Source: Bdellovibrionales bacterium
GTDB lineage: Bacteria; Bdellovibrionota; Bdellovibrionia; Bdellovibrionales; UBA1609
Assembly: GCA_965261545.1 (NCBI GenBank)
Contig: CBDHDF010000010.1
Coordinates: forward strand, 288,001 to 352,000
Length of the DNA: 64,000 nucleotides
Reading direction: 5' to 3'
The notes below the pieces were generated by a model, which made no database searches, was not told the origin of the DNA, and was given only the letters and a program-made list of their open reading frames with translations. Made by a program: the position numbers and the translations under genes. Numbering within the stretch: position 1 is the first letter of the stretch; the number at the start of each line of letters is the position of its first letter. Positions 42,354 through 52,504 of the stretch are shown here, one piece after another.

Positions 42354-43452
42354 ATTTATTCAAATCGATGGTGAGGGCTATTTTTGTACCTTGAGCAATA
42401 GCAAGACCTTAGGCAACAGCAAGACCTTAGGCAACAGCAACATATTGGGCAGCAGCAATACCTTGGGCCGGCAGTTACTCTCAAGTATGCGACGAGATGA
42501 GAGAGGGCGTATTTTTACCGAGATTCAAAATGAAACTCTGCTTGTGGAGTATTTTGATGCACCATTGATGGCCCAAAAAATTCAAAAGGTTCAAAAAAAA
42601 AATAATTCATGGGAAGCCATTTTCCCATACGGATTGAAAGCAAGACTCACCTGGAAAAACCTCACTTTGGACGAGTGGGGCCGATTTCATGGATACACCG
42701 ATAAGCAAATTCCCTTTGTTCTCTCTCCATCGGCAGAAGCAGACCTTTTTCAACATCTCGATGCCTATGATGACGACTCCATCACCATAGACGGAGAACA
42801 ACACACCCTCGAATCATGGCTGCGGCTCAAAGAGGACTTCAACCCTGGGGCCCCCCACTCCTGGGATCAATACTACAACAATGGAACTATGCCACCTCCT
42901 TGGGATGCAGAGGGACCGGCTGAGCCCCTCGCCTCTATTCTCCCACAAATCAAGATACCCAAGTCTAGGATTCTCGTTCTCGGCTGTGGGGCAGGTCATG
43001 ATGCCGCTTATTTTTCTCAACAGGGTCACCTGGTGACCGCCATTGATATCAGCGCGAGAGCCATAGAAAAGGCTCGACAAAAATATGGCTATTTAGAAAA
43101 CATCACTTGGCTCGTGGAAGATATGTTTCAACTGCCCCAACACCATCAGCAAAAACACCAGCAACACCATCAAAAATACGATCTCATTTTTGAAAATTGT
43201 TGTTATTGTGCCATTGATCCCATTCGTAGAAGAGATCTTGTGTCTGCATGGAGGCAACTTCTCATTGAAAATGGGCATCTCCTTGGGATTTTCTTAACAG
43301 TGGACCGGCCAGTAGGACCTCCCTTTGGAACCAGTGAATGGGAAGTGCAGCGACAACTCAAAAAGAATTTTAAGCTCCTTTATTGGACTCGCTGGCAACA
43401 CTCAAAAAGGCGAAGGGGGATGGAGCTTATTGTCTATGCTCAAAAGAAGTAA
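42331..43452 (+). CDS. Class I SAM-dependent methyltransferase (thiopurine/halide MT-like) with extra N-terminal domain
   Basis: PWD, LVLGCGAGHDA, IDIS, YCAIDP..R, GPPFG. Confidence 0.85.
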   Translation: MNTSSIDKFIQIDGEGYFCTLSNSKTLGNSKTLGNSNILGSSNTLGRQLLSSMRRDERGRIFTEIQNETLLVEYFDAPLMAQKIQKVQKKNNSWEAIFPYGLKARLTWKNLTLDEWGRFHGYTDKQIPFVLSPSAEADLFQHLDAYDDDSITIDGEQHTLESWLRLKEDFNPGAPHSWDQYYNNGTMPPPWDAEGPAEPLASILPQIKIPKSRILVLGCGAGHDAAYFSQQGHLVTAIDISARAIEKARQKYGYLENITWLVEDMFQLPQHHQQKHQQHHQKYDLIFENCCYCAIDPIRRRDLVSAWRQLLIENGHLLGIFLTVDRPVGPPFGTSEWEVQRQLKKNFKLLYWTRWQHSKRRRGMELIVYAQKK

Positions 43453-43535
43453 GAAAATCTTATTCAACAAAAACTTAATAAAACTTTGAAAAATTGGTAA
43501 TACTCTACGGATAATACTCACACCCCTTTCCATTG

Positions 43536-43569
43536 GAAAAGAGCACTGGAGAGTGCCAGTGCTCTTTTC
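43536..43569. terminator. Perfect 14-bp hairpin between convergent genes, probable bidirectional terminator
   Basis: gaaaagagcactgg-agagtg-ccagtgctcttttc. Confidence 0.7.
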
Positions 43570-43635
43570 TCCTCGTACCATACCATTCCCAATGGAGTGA
43601 GGGTGAATCACTACAAATCATCCTAGATATCATAT

Positions 43636-44061
43636 CTAGACATCAGTATCGCATGTCGCAAGAAGTTTATCCTTTCTCTGATTATAAAATTTGATATAAA
43701 GCCTTCCCGTATTACATTCATATGCGTCTCTCCAAATACGTTGAGTGAAAAGTTTTCTTGTCGAGTGAGAAGGGAAGACATCCACTCTCATGTAGGCTCC
43801 ACGGCAACTTCTAAATTGATCTCCGACATGAAAACTGGGATGAACTGTTTTCCACCTTCCCTTTCCTTTACCATACTTGTTGTAACATTTTGTTGCAAGT
43901 TTGTGTTTACTACTGAGGTTATCTATACGGATATATCCCCAATCTCTGCTATTCTGATCTTGTACATTTTTCTCAGTACCCTCTGAACTATCTCCGAAGG
44001 CTACATGTGATAAACAACTCAAGACGATTAAAGTTATAGTGAAATGAATAAATGATCTCAT
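43636..44061 (-). CDS. Small secreted Cys-containing hypothetical protein, paralog of 24797..25231
   Basis: Same signal peptide start MRSF.HFTI.LI and conserved Cys blocks. Confidence 0.8.
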   Translation of the reverse strand: MRSFIHFTITLIVLSCLSHVAFGDSSEGTEKNVQDQNSRDWGYIRIDNLSSKHKLATKCYNKYGKGKGRWKTVHPSFHVGDQFRSCRGAYMRVDVFPSHSTRKLFTQRIWRDAYECNTGRLYIKFYNQRKDKLLATCDTDV

Positions 44062-44114
44062 GATGTTCTCCTTTTTCTTAAACTCTCACTCTTATAGGTC
44101 GACCTCTATAAATC

Positions 44115-44278
44115 TACCTCAAATCAGTTTCAATTCCCCTCCGAGCAATTATTTTCGAAGTGGATAACTATAAATTATAGCTCTGATTATTTTATTGCAA
44201 ATCAATTAGAAAATTTATGAACAAAAATTGGCTTTGATCTATAGGTATTAAGTGCTGCGACCTTTGTGCAATGTTCTA
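44115..44278 (-). promoter_or_regulatory. Conserved upstream region with near-palindrome ataact-ata-aattat (44164..44178) and TATAAT
   Basis: Aligns with 25293..25452. Confidence 0.6.
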
Positions 44279-44311
44279 CACAATCTTATCTTTTTGGAGG
44301 GCTTCACAGCC

Positions 44312-45832
44312 TTATCTTTTTGAAGAATGCCTAGGTTTCATCCAGAGAAATCGAGATCCCAGTTTTATTTGATTTTTCTTGAACCAACCCATTGGTACTT
44401 CCAAGGCAAATTGAGCGGGCACTCGACTTGAAACCTTGGGAATTTTCTTTTGAGCTATGGAGCGAAGACCTTTCATTGCCTGAATATCCACAAGAATTTT
44501 CTTCTTGTTAAAAAAACCAATATCGAGGTCTATAAAGGTATTCTTCATCCAAAAATTTTGAATGGATTCTCGACCAAAAATAAAGAGCATTCCTGATTGA
44601 GCCTCTAGCTTGTTCCTGTGCATAAGACCTAGGTATCTTTTTTGAGGAGTGTCTGCCAGCTCCACGGTTAGAATCTGATCTCTTATTTTGAGCTTGGATT
44701 TCTTAAGAATCACCGATGAAAGAGTCGAAGAAGAAATTGAAGAAGAAGTCGAAAAAACGGCACCTTGCTGTGATGAATCAGCCAAGGAGTTGGTTGTACA
44801 GGCCCCCAGAAACACAAAAGCCAAGCCATAGCGAAGTCCCTTTGTAGAAACCCTCACTTGCTGAGCTCCCAAGAGTTCTGTGAATTTTTTCAGAATACTC
44901 ACCCCTGCCACAATGACATCTGCTCGTCCAGGTTCCATACCTGGAAGCTTCTGTCTTTTATGAAAAGGTTGCTCAGCTAAGGTTTGTCGATATTTCGCCA
45001 TTTGCTCAAGGGTGAGTAAAAAACCATGGATACGCTCTTCTGAAAATTTTGTCCGTTGAATCACAGCCGCCAAGGTTGTGGGAGTCCCCGCCACAGCCAC
45101 AATTTTTGACGACCTTGGAAGTTGTAAGGCTTTCTCCTCCCAGCGCTCGCATATATAAGCGTCCAATCTTGAAAGTTCTCTTTTTGTGATGGGATCGTTT
45201 TTAATAAACATCTCTGTGAGTCGAACACTTCCCACATCAATACTTCCCCCAGAGAGTTGTTCCCCCCATTGCTTTCCAAGGGGTTTTCGCTTATCAAGGT
45301 CGTCACGATCGCTACAGAGTTTAGGTTCATTAAGATCGTTACGATGAACACGGAGTTGATCTTCACCGCAGTGGTTGCCATAAAAACCAAGTACTTCCGT
45401 GGAGCCTCCCCCAACATCCACCACCGTGTACTCATGGGGGTTTTCTAAATCAAATGTGGCTCCCTTGTAAGTAAGGCGAGCCTCCTCATCTCCAGAAATA
45501 ATAGAGATGGGAATTCCCCACTTTTGACCGAGGGCAAGGAAGTCACTTTGATTTTTGACATCCCTGGCGGCACTTGTGGCAACGGCGATAACCTTATCCA
45601 CTCCATGGTTTTTGATAATAGAAGCATAATTTTTAAAACATTGATCCGCCCTAAAAAGAGTATCCCTATGAAAGGCCCTATTTTCATGAACCCCTTTCCC
45701 CAGTCTTGTCATTTGGACCTCATCGGCAAGAACTTCTTCAATACCTCGATGGCTTATTCTTGCAATAAGCATCAAGAAAGTATTGGATCCAAGGTCAAGA
45801 GCGGCTATTTTCATGGATTCATTTTTCATCAT
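44312..45832 (-). CDS. ppx: Ppx/GppA exopolyphosphatase fused to a DUF192 domain
   Basis: DLGSNT, ATSAAR, GDEEA, DVGGGSTE, RADVIVAG, GLRYG; C-terminal VELADTP..GLM, GMLF, FWMKNT, ALEV. Confidence 0.85.
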   Translation of the reverse strand: MMKNESMKIAALDLGSNTFLMLIARISHRGIEEVLADEVQMTRLGKGVHENRAFHRDTLFRADQCFKNYASIIKNHGVDKVIAVATSAARDVKNQSDFLALGQKWGIPISIISGDEEARLTYKGATFDLENPHEYTVVDVGGGSTEVLGFYGNHCGEDQLRVHRNDLNEPKLCSDRDDLDKRKPLGKQWGEQLSGGSIDVGSVRLTEMFIKNDPITKRELSRLDAYICERWEEKALQLPRSSKIVAVAGTPTTLAAVIQRTKFSEERIHGFLLTLEQMAKYRQTLAEQPFHKRQKLPGMEPGRADVIVAGVSILKKFTELLGAQQVRVSTKGLRYGLAFVFLGACTTNSLADSSQQGAVFSTSSSISSSTLSSVILKKSKLKIRDQILTVELADTPQKRYLGLMHRNKLEAQSGMLFIFGRESIQNFWMKNTFIDLDIGFFNKKKILVDIQAMKGLRSIAQKKIPKVSSRVPAQFALEVPMGWFKKNQIKLGSRFLWMKPRHSSKR

Positions 45833-47394
45833 TTTCTTAACAATTTTTTTAGCAATTGATTGACAAGATCGGGATTTGCTTGTCCTTGAGTTGACTTCAT
45901 GACCTGGCCGACAAAAAATCCAAACAACTTGTCCTTACCTCCTAAGTACTGTTCAACCTGACGTGGATTGGCCTCTATGATCTCCTCAATAATTTTTTGA
46001 AGAACCGATTCATCTGTGATTTGTACCCATCCCTTTTCTTTAACAATGGTCCCAGGGGCTTGGCTTGTCGCCCACATCTCAGCAAAAACCGTTTTCGCCA
46101 TTTTGCCAGAAATGGTTTTATCATCCACAAGCTGAATCAATTGGGCAAGGTGGTCCGGAGAAATGGGTGACTTCGTGATCTCTTTCTTGGATTCCTTAAG
46201 TTCCCTCATCAATTCACCCATGATCCAGTTGGAGGCCAGCTTGGGGTGTCTTGAAAATTTGACCACAGCTTCGTAGTAGTCAGCATACTCCCTTTCTTGA
46301 GTGAGAATAAGGGCGTCGTATTCAGGCAGCTTGTATTCAGATTGAAACCTTTCGGCTCTCCTTAATGGAAGTTCTGGCAGGCTTTGACGGATATCCTCCA
46401 CCCAGGAGTCATTGAGAACCAAGGGGAGAAGGTCGGGTTCAGGAAAGTAACGGTAATCATAGGCTTCTTCTTTGCTTCTCATGGAAAAGGTTTTATTTTT
46501 TGTGGAATCATAAAGCCTTGTCTCTTGAACAATCTTCCCGCCGGATTTATAGACCTCTACCTGCCTTCGTATTTCGTAATCAATGGCTTTCTCAATGAAC
46601 TTAAAGGAGTTGATGTTTTTTAGTTCCACACGGGTGCGCAAAGATTCTTCTCCACAGGGGCGCACACTTACGTTGCAATCACAGCGCATGGATCCCTCTT
46701 CAAGGTTTCCATCACAAACTTCTAGATAACGTACAATACGACGAACAGATCGTGCATACTCGGCCGCCTCTTCAGGAGAGTGAATGTCGGGTTCAGAAAC
46801 AATTTCCAAAAGAGGAACTCCTGCCCGGTTTAAATTGATCAATGTATGCTGGGAATGGTGAATGGATTTTCCGGCATCCTCTTCCACGTGGGCACGTGTG
46901 ATATGAACTCGCTTTTTTTCGCCCTTGAGAAAATAGTCCACAAAACCTTTTTTGCAAAGGGGTTGGTCAAACTGTGATATTTGATAACCCTTGGGAAGGT
47001 CGGGATAAAAATAATTCTTTCGAGAAAATACAGACATTTTTTGAATCTGACAGTTGAGGGCAAGGCCCATTTTTATGGATAGAGATATGGCTTTTTTATT
47101 AATAACGGGAAGGGCTCCCGGCATTCCTAGGCTTACAGGAGAAACGCATTCGTTATCTCCAGCTCCAAATTGAGTGGAGTCTCGGGAAAACATTTTACTC
47201 GCTGTTTGTAATTGAACATGAATTTCTAATCCAATAACAGGCTCCCATGGAGAATAAGCTGTAGAAGGTGACTTATCAGAGGATTTAAATTCATCAAATG
47301 ATTCAAGTTTATTGGTTGACTCAGGTTTATCAGATGATTCATATTTATCAAACAGTGGGGATTTATCAGTAGAATCATTGTGATTATAAGACAT
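45829..47394 (-). CDS. gatB: Asp/Glu-tRNA amidotransferase subunit B, with repetitive N-terminal extension
   Basis: IGLEIHVQL, RKNYFYPDLPKGYQISQ, EEDAGK, DYRYFPEPD; start estimated. Confidence 0.97.
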   Translation of the reverse strand: MSYNHNDSTDKSPLFDKYESSDKPESTNKLESFDEFKSSDKSPSTAYSPWEPVIGLEIHVQLQTASKMFSRDSTQFGAGDNECVSPVSLGMPGALPVINKKAISLSIKMGLALNCQIQKMSVFSRKNYFYPDLPKGYQISQFDQPLCKKGFVDYFLKGEKKRVHITRAHVEEDAGKSIHHSQHTLINLNRAGVPLLEIVSEPDIHSPEEAAEYARSVRRIVRYLEVCDGNLEEGSMRCDCNVSVRPCGEESLRTRVELKNINSFKFIEKAIDYEIRRQVEVYKSGGKIVQETRLYDSTKNKTFSMRSKEEAYDYRYFPEPDLLPLVLNDSWVEDIRQSLPELPLRRAERFQSEYKLPEYDALILTQEREYADYYEAVVKFSRHPKLASNWIMGELMRELKESKKEITKSPISPDHLAQLIQLVDDKTISGKMAKTVFAEMWATSQAPGTIVKEKGWVQITDESVLQKIIEEIIEANPRQVEQYLGGKDKLFGFFVGQVMKSTQGQANPDLVNQLLKKLLRK

Positions 47395-48862
47395 GGGATT
47401 GCTTCTCCTTAAAACCAGCTTGTGATTCAATAGCCAAAGCTACGTCCAACATTTTTTGTTCTTCAAAATGGGAGGCCGTCAATTGAACTCCAATGGGAAG
47501 TCCTCTCTCGCTAAGTTCCACAGGGACACTCGTGCCGGGGAGTCCTGCAAGATTTGTGGGTGTTGTCAAGATATCGTTGAAATACATCTTTAGGGGGTCC
47601 CCTGTCCTCTCTCCCATTTTAAAGGCCGGTGTCGTCGTGACGGCACTTAACATAACATCGCATTGCTGAAAGGCTCTGAGAAAATCATTTTGAAGAAGCC
47701 TTCGAACCTGACAAGCTTTTTGATAGTAGGCATCGTAGTAACCACTAGAAAGAGAAAAAGTTCCCAATATGATTCTTCTTTTCACCTCAAAACCAAAGCC
47801 TTCTCCCCGGTTGCGACTGTAAAAGTCATCAATGTCGGAGGGAGGTTCTGTGGAAAAATCAGCACGGTGACCAAAGCGAACGCCATCATAGCGGGCCAAG
47901 TTGCTAGATGCCTCGCTGGTGGCAATAAGGTAATAAATAGAAATGGCATAATTGGCATGAGGAATAGAAATTTCTACCATCTCAGCTCCTGCCTGCTTCA
48001 CCATATCAACAGACTTTTCCACAGTCCTTTTGACATCGTCATCCATTTTGTGAGAAAAATATTCCTTGGGTAATCCCACCTTATAACCTGAAAGATCCCC
48101 ATTTAAGCTTTGGGACCAAGAGGGAACGGGTCGGTGGGAAGAGGTTGAGTCGTAGGGATCATGACCAGATATTTGTTCCAAAACAAGAGCGGCATCCTCT
48201 ACAGATTTTGCCATGGGCCCCACTTGATCCAAGCTGGATGCAAAGGCAATCACACCGTAGCGACTCACTCGACCATAAGTGGGCTTCACTCCTACCACGC
48301 CACAAAAATTTGCAGGCTGTCGGATGGAACCCCCTGTGTCCGTTCCCAAGGCCACTGTGGCCATGCCTGAGGAGACAGCCGCCGCAGACCCTCCACTGGA
48401 ACCCCCTGGTACGTAGTCTTCATTCCATGGGTTGGCGCAAGCTCCACTATGGGAAAACTCCGTGCTTGAACCCATGGCAAATTCATCTTGATTGCATTTT
48501 CCCACCACAATGGCTCCGGCTCTCTCTAGATTCTTCACCACTGTTGCCGAGTAGGGAGGGACAAAGGAATCCAGCATTTTAGAGCCTGCCGCTGTTCGCA
48601 ATCCCTTTGTGCAAATCATATCCTTCACACCCACAGGAATACCTGCCAAGGGAGGAAGTTCTTCCCCCAATGCAATTTTTTTATCAATGACTTTTGCCAA
48701 TGCCAAAGCGGTGTTATCATTCACAGTGACCATGGCGTTGAGGGAGCCATTGCGCTTTGCAATTTGATGAAGATAAGCTTGGGTGATCTCCTCGGCCGAC
48801 CATCTCTTAGCGAGAAGTCCCTTTTTGATTTCAGAAATGGATGCTTGAAGAATATCACTCAA
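47384..48862 (-). CDS. gatA: Asp/Glu-tRNA amidotransferase subunit A
   Basis: Amidase signature GGSSGGS, DTGGSIRQP, SSNLARYDG. Confidence 0.97.
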   Translation of the reverse strand: MSDILQASISEIKKGLLAKRWSAEEITQAYLHQIAKRNGSLNAMVTVNDNTALALAKVIDKKIALGEELPPLAGIPVGVKDMICTKGLRTAAGSKMLDSFVPPYSATVVKNLERAGAIVVGKCNQDEFAMGSSTEFSHSGACANPWNEDYVPGGSSGGSAAAVSSGMATVALGTDTGGSIRQPANFCGVVGVKPTYGRVSRYGVIAFASSLDQVGPMAKSVEDAALVLEQISGHDPYDSTSSHRPVPSWSQSLNGDLSGYKVGLPKEYFSHKMDDDVKRTVEKSVDMVKQAGAEMVEISIPHANYAISIYYLIATSEASSNLARYDGVRFGHRADFSTEPPSDIDDFYSRNRGEGFGFEVKRRIILGTFSLSSGYYDAYYQKACQVRRLLQNDFLRAFQQCDVMLSAVTTTPAFKMGERTGDPLKMYFNDILTTPTNLAGLPGTSVPVELSERGLPIGVQLTASHFEEQKMLDVALAIESQAGFKEKQSHVL

Positions 48863-48928
48863 CTGAAACTCCTATGATCTACATGATCCAAATTATCCAA
48901 ATTATCCAAATTAAATAATCGCAATAAA

Positions 48929-49228
48929 CTAAACAACAGGTGGGACTTTAAACAAATGTCCAGACCTTTCTGGTGCATTGTCAAGGGCTTTCTCGCTGTC
49001 TTCCCACACAGAAATTTCGTCAGGACGAAGACTTGATTCAATGGGAGAAGGCGTGACCAAGGGCTCCACGCCTTCTGTATCTACGGTTTTTAATTCATCA
49101 AAATAAATGACAATAGCATTCATTTGTTCTTGAAACAAAATTTCTTCACCTTTACTGAGTTGAAGTCTTGCTAAACGAGCAACTTTTGTGACATCCAGAG
49201 TAACTTTCTTCGCATTCATTTTTTTCAT
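48929..49228 (-). CDS. gatC: Asp/Glu-tRNA amidotransferase subunit C
   Basis: VARLARL, DTEGVEP, NAP..FKVP; position before gatA. Confidence 0.93.
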   Translation of the reverse strand: MKKMNAKKVTLDVTKVARLARLQLSKGEEILFQEQMNAIVIYFDELKTVDTEGVEPLVTPSPIESSLRPDEISVWEDSEKALDNAPERSGHLFKVPPVV

Positions 49229-49250
49229 GCCTCCTATATCTCATAACTTT

Positions 49251-49913
49251 TCATGCTTTCTTGTGATAAAAAATCTTTTTTCTTTTGGGATAGCAAGTTG
49301 TGCAAATTTCGCAAACTCTTCCATCACAACCTCGTGCTGTGCAATGCTCTCGTCCATAAAACACAATTCTTAGGTGAAGTTGGTTCCAAGAACTCCGAGG
49401 AAAGATTTTCTTCAAATCCCTTTCTGTTTGCAACACAGTTGGCCCTCGTGTAAGTCCCCAGCGCTGGGCAAGCCTATGAATATGAGTGTCCACAGGGAAG
49501 GCTGGATACCCAAACGCCTGAGACATCACCACCGAGGCCGTTTTATGACCCACTCCAGGCAGTTTTTCCAACTCTTCAAAGCTTTGAGGTACCTCTCCTC
49601 CATGATCCTCAATAAGAATTTGTGAAAGTCCACTTATGGCCTTGGCTTTTCGAGGAGACAAACCACAGGGCCTGATGACTTGTCGAATTTCATCGACTTC
49701 AAGTTGAACCATGTCCTGTGGATTATCTGCCTTGGCAAATAAAGAAGGCGTCACCTGGTTCACCCGAACATCCGTGCATTGGGCTGATAGCAAAACTGCA
49801 ATCAAGAGAGTGTAGGGGTCTTTGTGGTCTAAGGGAATGGGTGTTTTGGGATAGCATTGAGCCAATTTTTGACGAATGTATTTGGCACGCTCCTCTCTTG
49901 TTTTCAAAGTCAT
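49251..49913 (-). CDS. nth: Endonuclease III
   Basis: LLSAQCTD, LPGVGHKTA, VDTHI, C-x4-C-x4-C-x2-C cluster. Confidence 0.95.
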   Translation of the reverse strand: MTLKTREERAKYIRQKLAQCYPKTPIPLDHKDPYTLLIAVLLSAQCTDVRVNQVTPSLFAKADNPQDMVQLEVDEIRQVIRPCGLSPRKAKAISGLSQILIEDHGGEVPQSFEELEKLPGVGHKTASVVMSQAFGYPAFPVDTHIHRLAQRWGLTRGPTVLQTERDLKKIFPRSSWNQLHLRIVFYGREHCTARGCDGRVCEICTTCYPKRKKIFYHKKA

Positions 49914-49962
49914 TTCCTATGAGCCTGAGTCATTTCTTATAAATTGTCATTTATGTTAAATG

Positions 49963-50982
49963 TCATTTCTCATGAACATGAGTCACTTTTTGAAAGATTG
50001 TACCAAAAATGTTTTCGCCTTGGAGGTTTCTCATTTCTATTTTTACTGTGTCACCAGGTTTCATAAAGGGTGTCTTAATGGCTCCCTCGTGGATTTTTTC
50101 CAACATACGCTTTTCAGCAATGCAGCTACTTCCCACCGACATATCCTCATTGGAAACTGTCCCACTTCCTATAATGGTCCCCGCTGTCAAACGACGAGTT
50201 CTCGCAGCATGAGACACCAGTTCTCCAAAGTGAAAGTGCATAGCGCCGGCATGGGCTCGCCCAAAAAATTCTCCATTGTACTCAACATCAAGGGGCAAAT
50301 GAACTCGTCCTTCACGCCAAGCATCACCTAGCTCATCCACTGTGACTGCCAAAGGGGCAAAAGACGACGAGGGCTTGGATTGGAAAAAACCAAAGCCCTT
50401 GTTCAATTCTTCAGGCACTAAACCCCGTAGAGAAACATCGTTGATAAGGACAAACAACCGAATGTACTTCAAAGCATCTTCAGGGGATACCCCCATGGGA
50501 GTGTCTCCCACGATGATGCCAACCTCTCCCTCAAAATCGGTTCCATGGGCGGAGTCCATCTGGGGAATTTCATCTGTTGGAGCTAGAAAAGTGTCACTCC
50601 CCCCTTGATACATAAGTGGAGAGGTCTTGAGAGTTTCTGGCAAAGCAGCATTTCTCGACTTTCGCACCAAAACAATGTGGTGAATAAAGGCCGAACCATC
50701 GACCCATTGAAAGCACCTTGGCAAGGGCGAGTGCATTTGGCTGGGGTCCACGTCAAAAGGTTCCCCTGAAGCTCCATTCTTCTCCCCATGATTGCTGAAT
50801 TTTCCTTGGTTGAGTTGGTGATAAAGCGTCTCCAAGCGGGGGGACATGGTTTTCCAATTTTCTAAGACATTGAGGAGATTGGGCGCAACCCCAGAGGCTT
50901 GAATGGCCTTTTTGTTGTCACGGCTGACGACAACAAGTTGTCCATCACGACTGTGATCATTTTTTAGGGTCCCAAGTTTCAT
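49963..50982 (-). CDS. Fumarylacetoacetate hydrolase family protein
   Basis: MKLGTL..RDG.L, YQGGSD, DFEGE, NDVSLR, FFQSKP, GSGTVSN; SD ggaggt before ATG 50982. Confidence 0.9.
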   Translation of the reverse strand: MKLGTLKNDHSRDGQLVVVSRDNKKAIQASGVAPNLLNVLENWKTMSPRLETLYHQLNQGKFSNHGEKNGASGEPFDVDPSQMHSPLPRCFQWVDGSAFIHHIVLVRKSRNAALPETLKTSPLMYQGGSDTFLAPTDEIPQMDSAHGTDFEGEVGIIVGDTPMGVSPEDALKYIRLFVLINDVSLRGLVPEELNKGFGFFQSKPSSSFAPLAVTVDELGDAWREGRVHLPLDVEYNGEFFGRAHAGAMHFHFGELVSHAARTRRLTAGTIIGSGTVSNEDMSVGSSCIAEKRMLEKIHEGAIKTPFMKPGDTVKIEMRNLQGENIFGTIFQKVTHVHEK

Positions 50983-51089
50983 ACCACTTACCTCCATCTA
51001 TAAAAAACATGACACTGAAAAAACTATGCCATGGCTCTAGAAAAGTCTACCACATTTTAAATTCTTTCACATTTTAAATTCTTCATATT

Positions 51090-51647
51090 TTAGAGTCTTT
51101 CATGGGAGAAGGTGCGCAGTTCCTCCATGGTAAAAAGGGGTCTATGATGGAGTCGAGCCATCAATAGTTTTTGAGTGGACAGCGCGCCTCCTCGATCGAT
51201 CACAGAAATCACAGTGTTCACAGTGGCCCCTTGTTCCCTCAGCTGCTTTGTGCTCTTTATCACCTGCCCCCCCGTTGTGATGATATCCTCTATAAGGCAA
51301 ACTCTTTTGCCTTTCACGGAAGTTCCCTCTGCCAGCTGACATGTTCCATAGGTTTTCGCCTCTTTGCGCACAAAAGCGAGGGGGTGCCCCGTCTCCATGG
51401 ACAAGGCCGTGGCAAGGGGAATGCCTCCCATTTCAAGCCCCCCTAGCACCTCGGTCTCCCCAGGAATAAGAGGAGAGAGGTGGAACGCGATTTCCTTCAG
51501 GAGCTGAGGAATGGCTTCAAAGCGATATTTGTCAAAATACTCATGGGAGCTTTGCCCTGACCTCAACTTAAACTCACCCACGAGATAGGCCACTCTGAAT
51601 ATCTCTTGGGCCAACTCTTCTCTGCCCATTTTGTTCGTTCTGTCCAT
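51090..51647 (-). CDS. pyrE: Orotate phosphoribosyltransferase
   Basis: FKLRSG, YFDK, RKEAKTYG, PRPP motif IEDIITTGG. Confidence 0.93.
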   Translation of the reverse strand: MDRTNKMGREELAQEIFRVAYLVGEFKLRSGQSSHEYFDKYRFEAIPQLLKEIAFHLSPLIPGETEVLGGLEMGGIPLATALSMETGHPLAFVRKEAKTYGTCQLAEGTSVKGKRVCLIEDIITTGGQVIKSTKQLREQGATVNTVISVIDRGGALSTQKLLMARLHHRPLFTMEELRTFSHERL

Positions 51648-51879
51648 TACAACGCACCCTCATAAAATTTAAGTTGTCCAAAAAGTCCCTTAAGGATCCC
51701 AAGGGGTTGGGGGGGGCGGGGGCCTTATATCTTTTTCCATTTTTTTATGTCTCTTTTCAAGAATTATTGTTTTTCAAGTTGTTTTTCAAGAATGACTATT
51801 TTTCAAGCAATACGACTTGCTAAAGTTCCATGATACTGCTAACTAGCAATGTCAACTAGCAATGTCTAGGTGCATTGAT

Positions 51880-51955
51880 GCATCCGTAGCTCAATGGATA
51901 GAGCACTTGACTTCGGATCAAGGGGTTGGGCGTTCGAGTCGTCCCGGATGCGCCA
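51880..51955 (+). tRNA. tRNA-Arg (anticodon TCG)
   Basis: Acceptor gcatccg/cggatgc, D-arm gctc/gagc, anticodon arm cttga-cttcgga-tcaag, T-loop ttcgagt, encoded CCA. Confidence 0.95.
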
Positions 51956-52106
51956 AATATCAACAACAAATGGTTCAGGTAAAGGTGTAGCCATGCTGTG
52001 ATCCAATACTTTATTTTGACGAACTTTTCATGGGTTCCTTTGACCTCGAAGAAATTTTTATCATTTTATCCTGACTGAGTTTAAGTTGTTGAGAGTGATA
52101 TTTTGA

Positions 52107-52475
52107 TTAGCAAGGTGTGAGGTTTGTGACCAGTTCCGCATGATCTAGCAACTCCCCTTTTTTAGCTTTAGAACTTTGTTGATATAAGCCTGAAATTGCA
52201 GTTAAGTAAGCATTAACAGCCAACTCCCTCACTGAAGACCCCCTCGTTGATTGTTTGTTCCCAAATCTCAATCTTACTGAGAGGATCAACAGTGGGGTAG
52301 CTCGTCTCATCTGTTTTAGAAGGCGTAACAATCGGTGCCTTATTGAATGAGGGAGTCCCTCACGCACATTTTTGACTCAAAAAGAGAAGAATGGGAACTC
52401 GGTGTCGGAATAATGAGCCAACCAAGTGGAGGACCATAACCCGGGCAGCACGAAGGTGTTTTAATGTGATGCGTC
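52107..52475 (-). pseudogene. Possible remnant of an ISNCY/integrase-core type IS (left end plus transposase N-terminus)
   Basis: GTG at 52232 after SD gagggg gives RELAVNAYLTAISGLYQQSSKAKKGELLDHAELVT, resembling 'Y...SK.EKG.ILD' transposase N-termini (from memory); truncated; boundaries approximate. Confidence 0.45.
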
Positions 52476-52504
52476 TTGGTGTCGTTTACTTATGACCCAA
52501 TACG

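Noticed and set aside
51703..51722. G-rich tract upstream of pyrE as a G-quadruplex or phase-variable site
   Set aside because: Single occurrence with no supporting evidence
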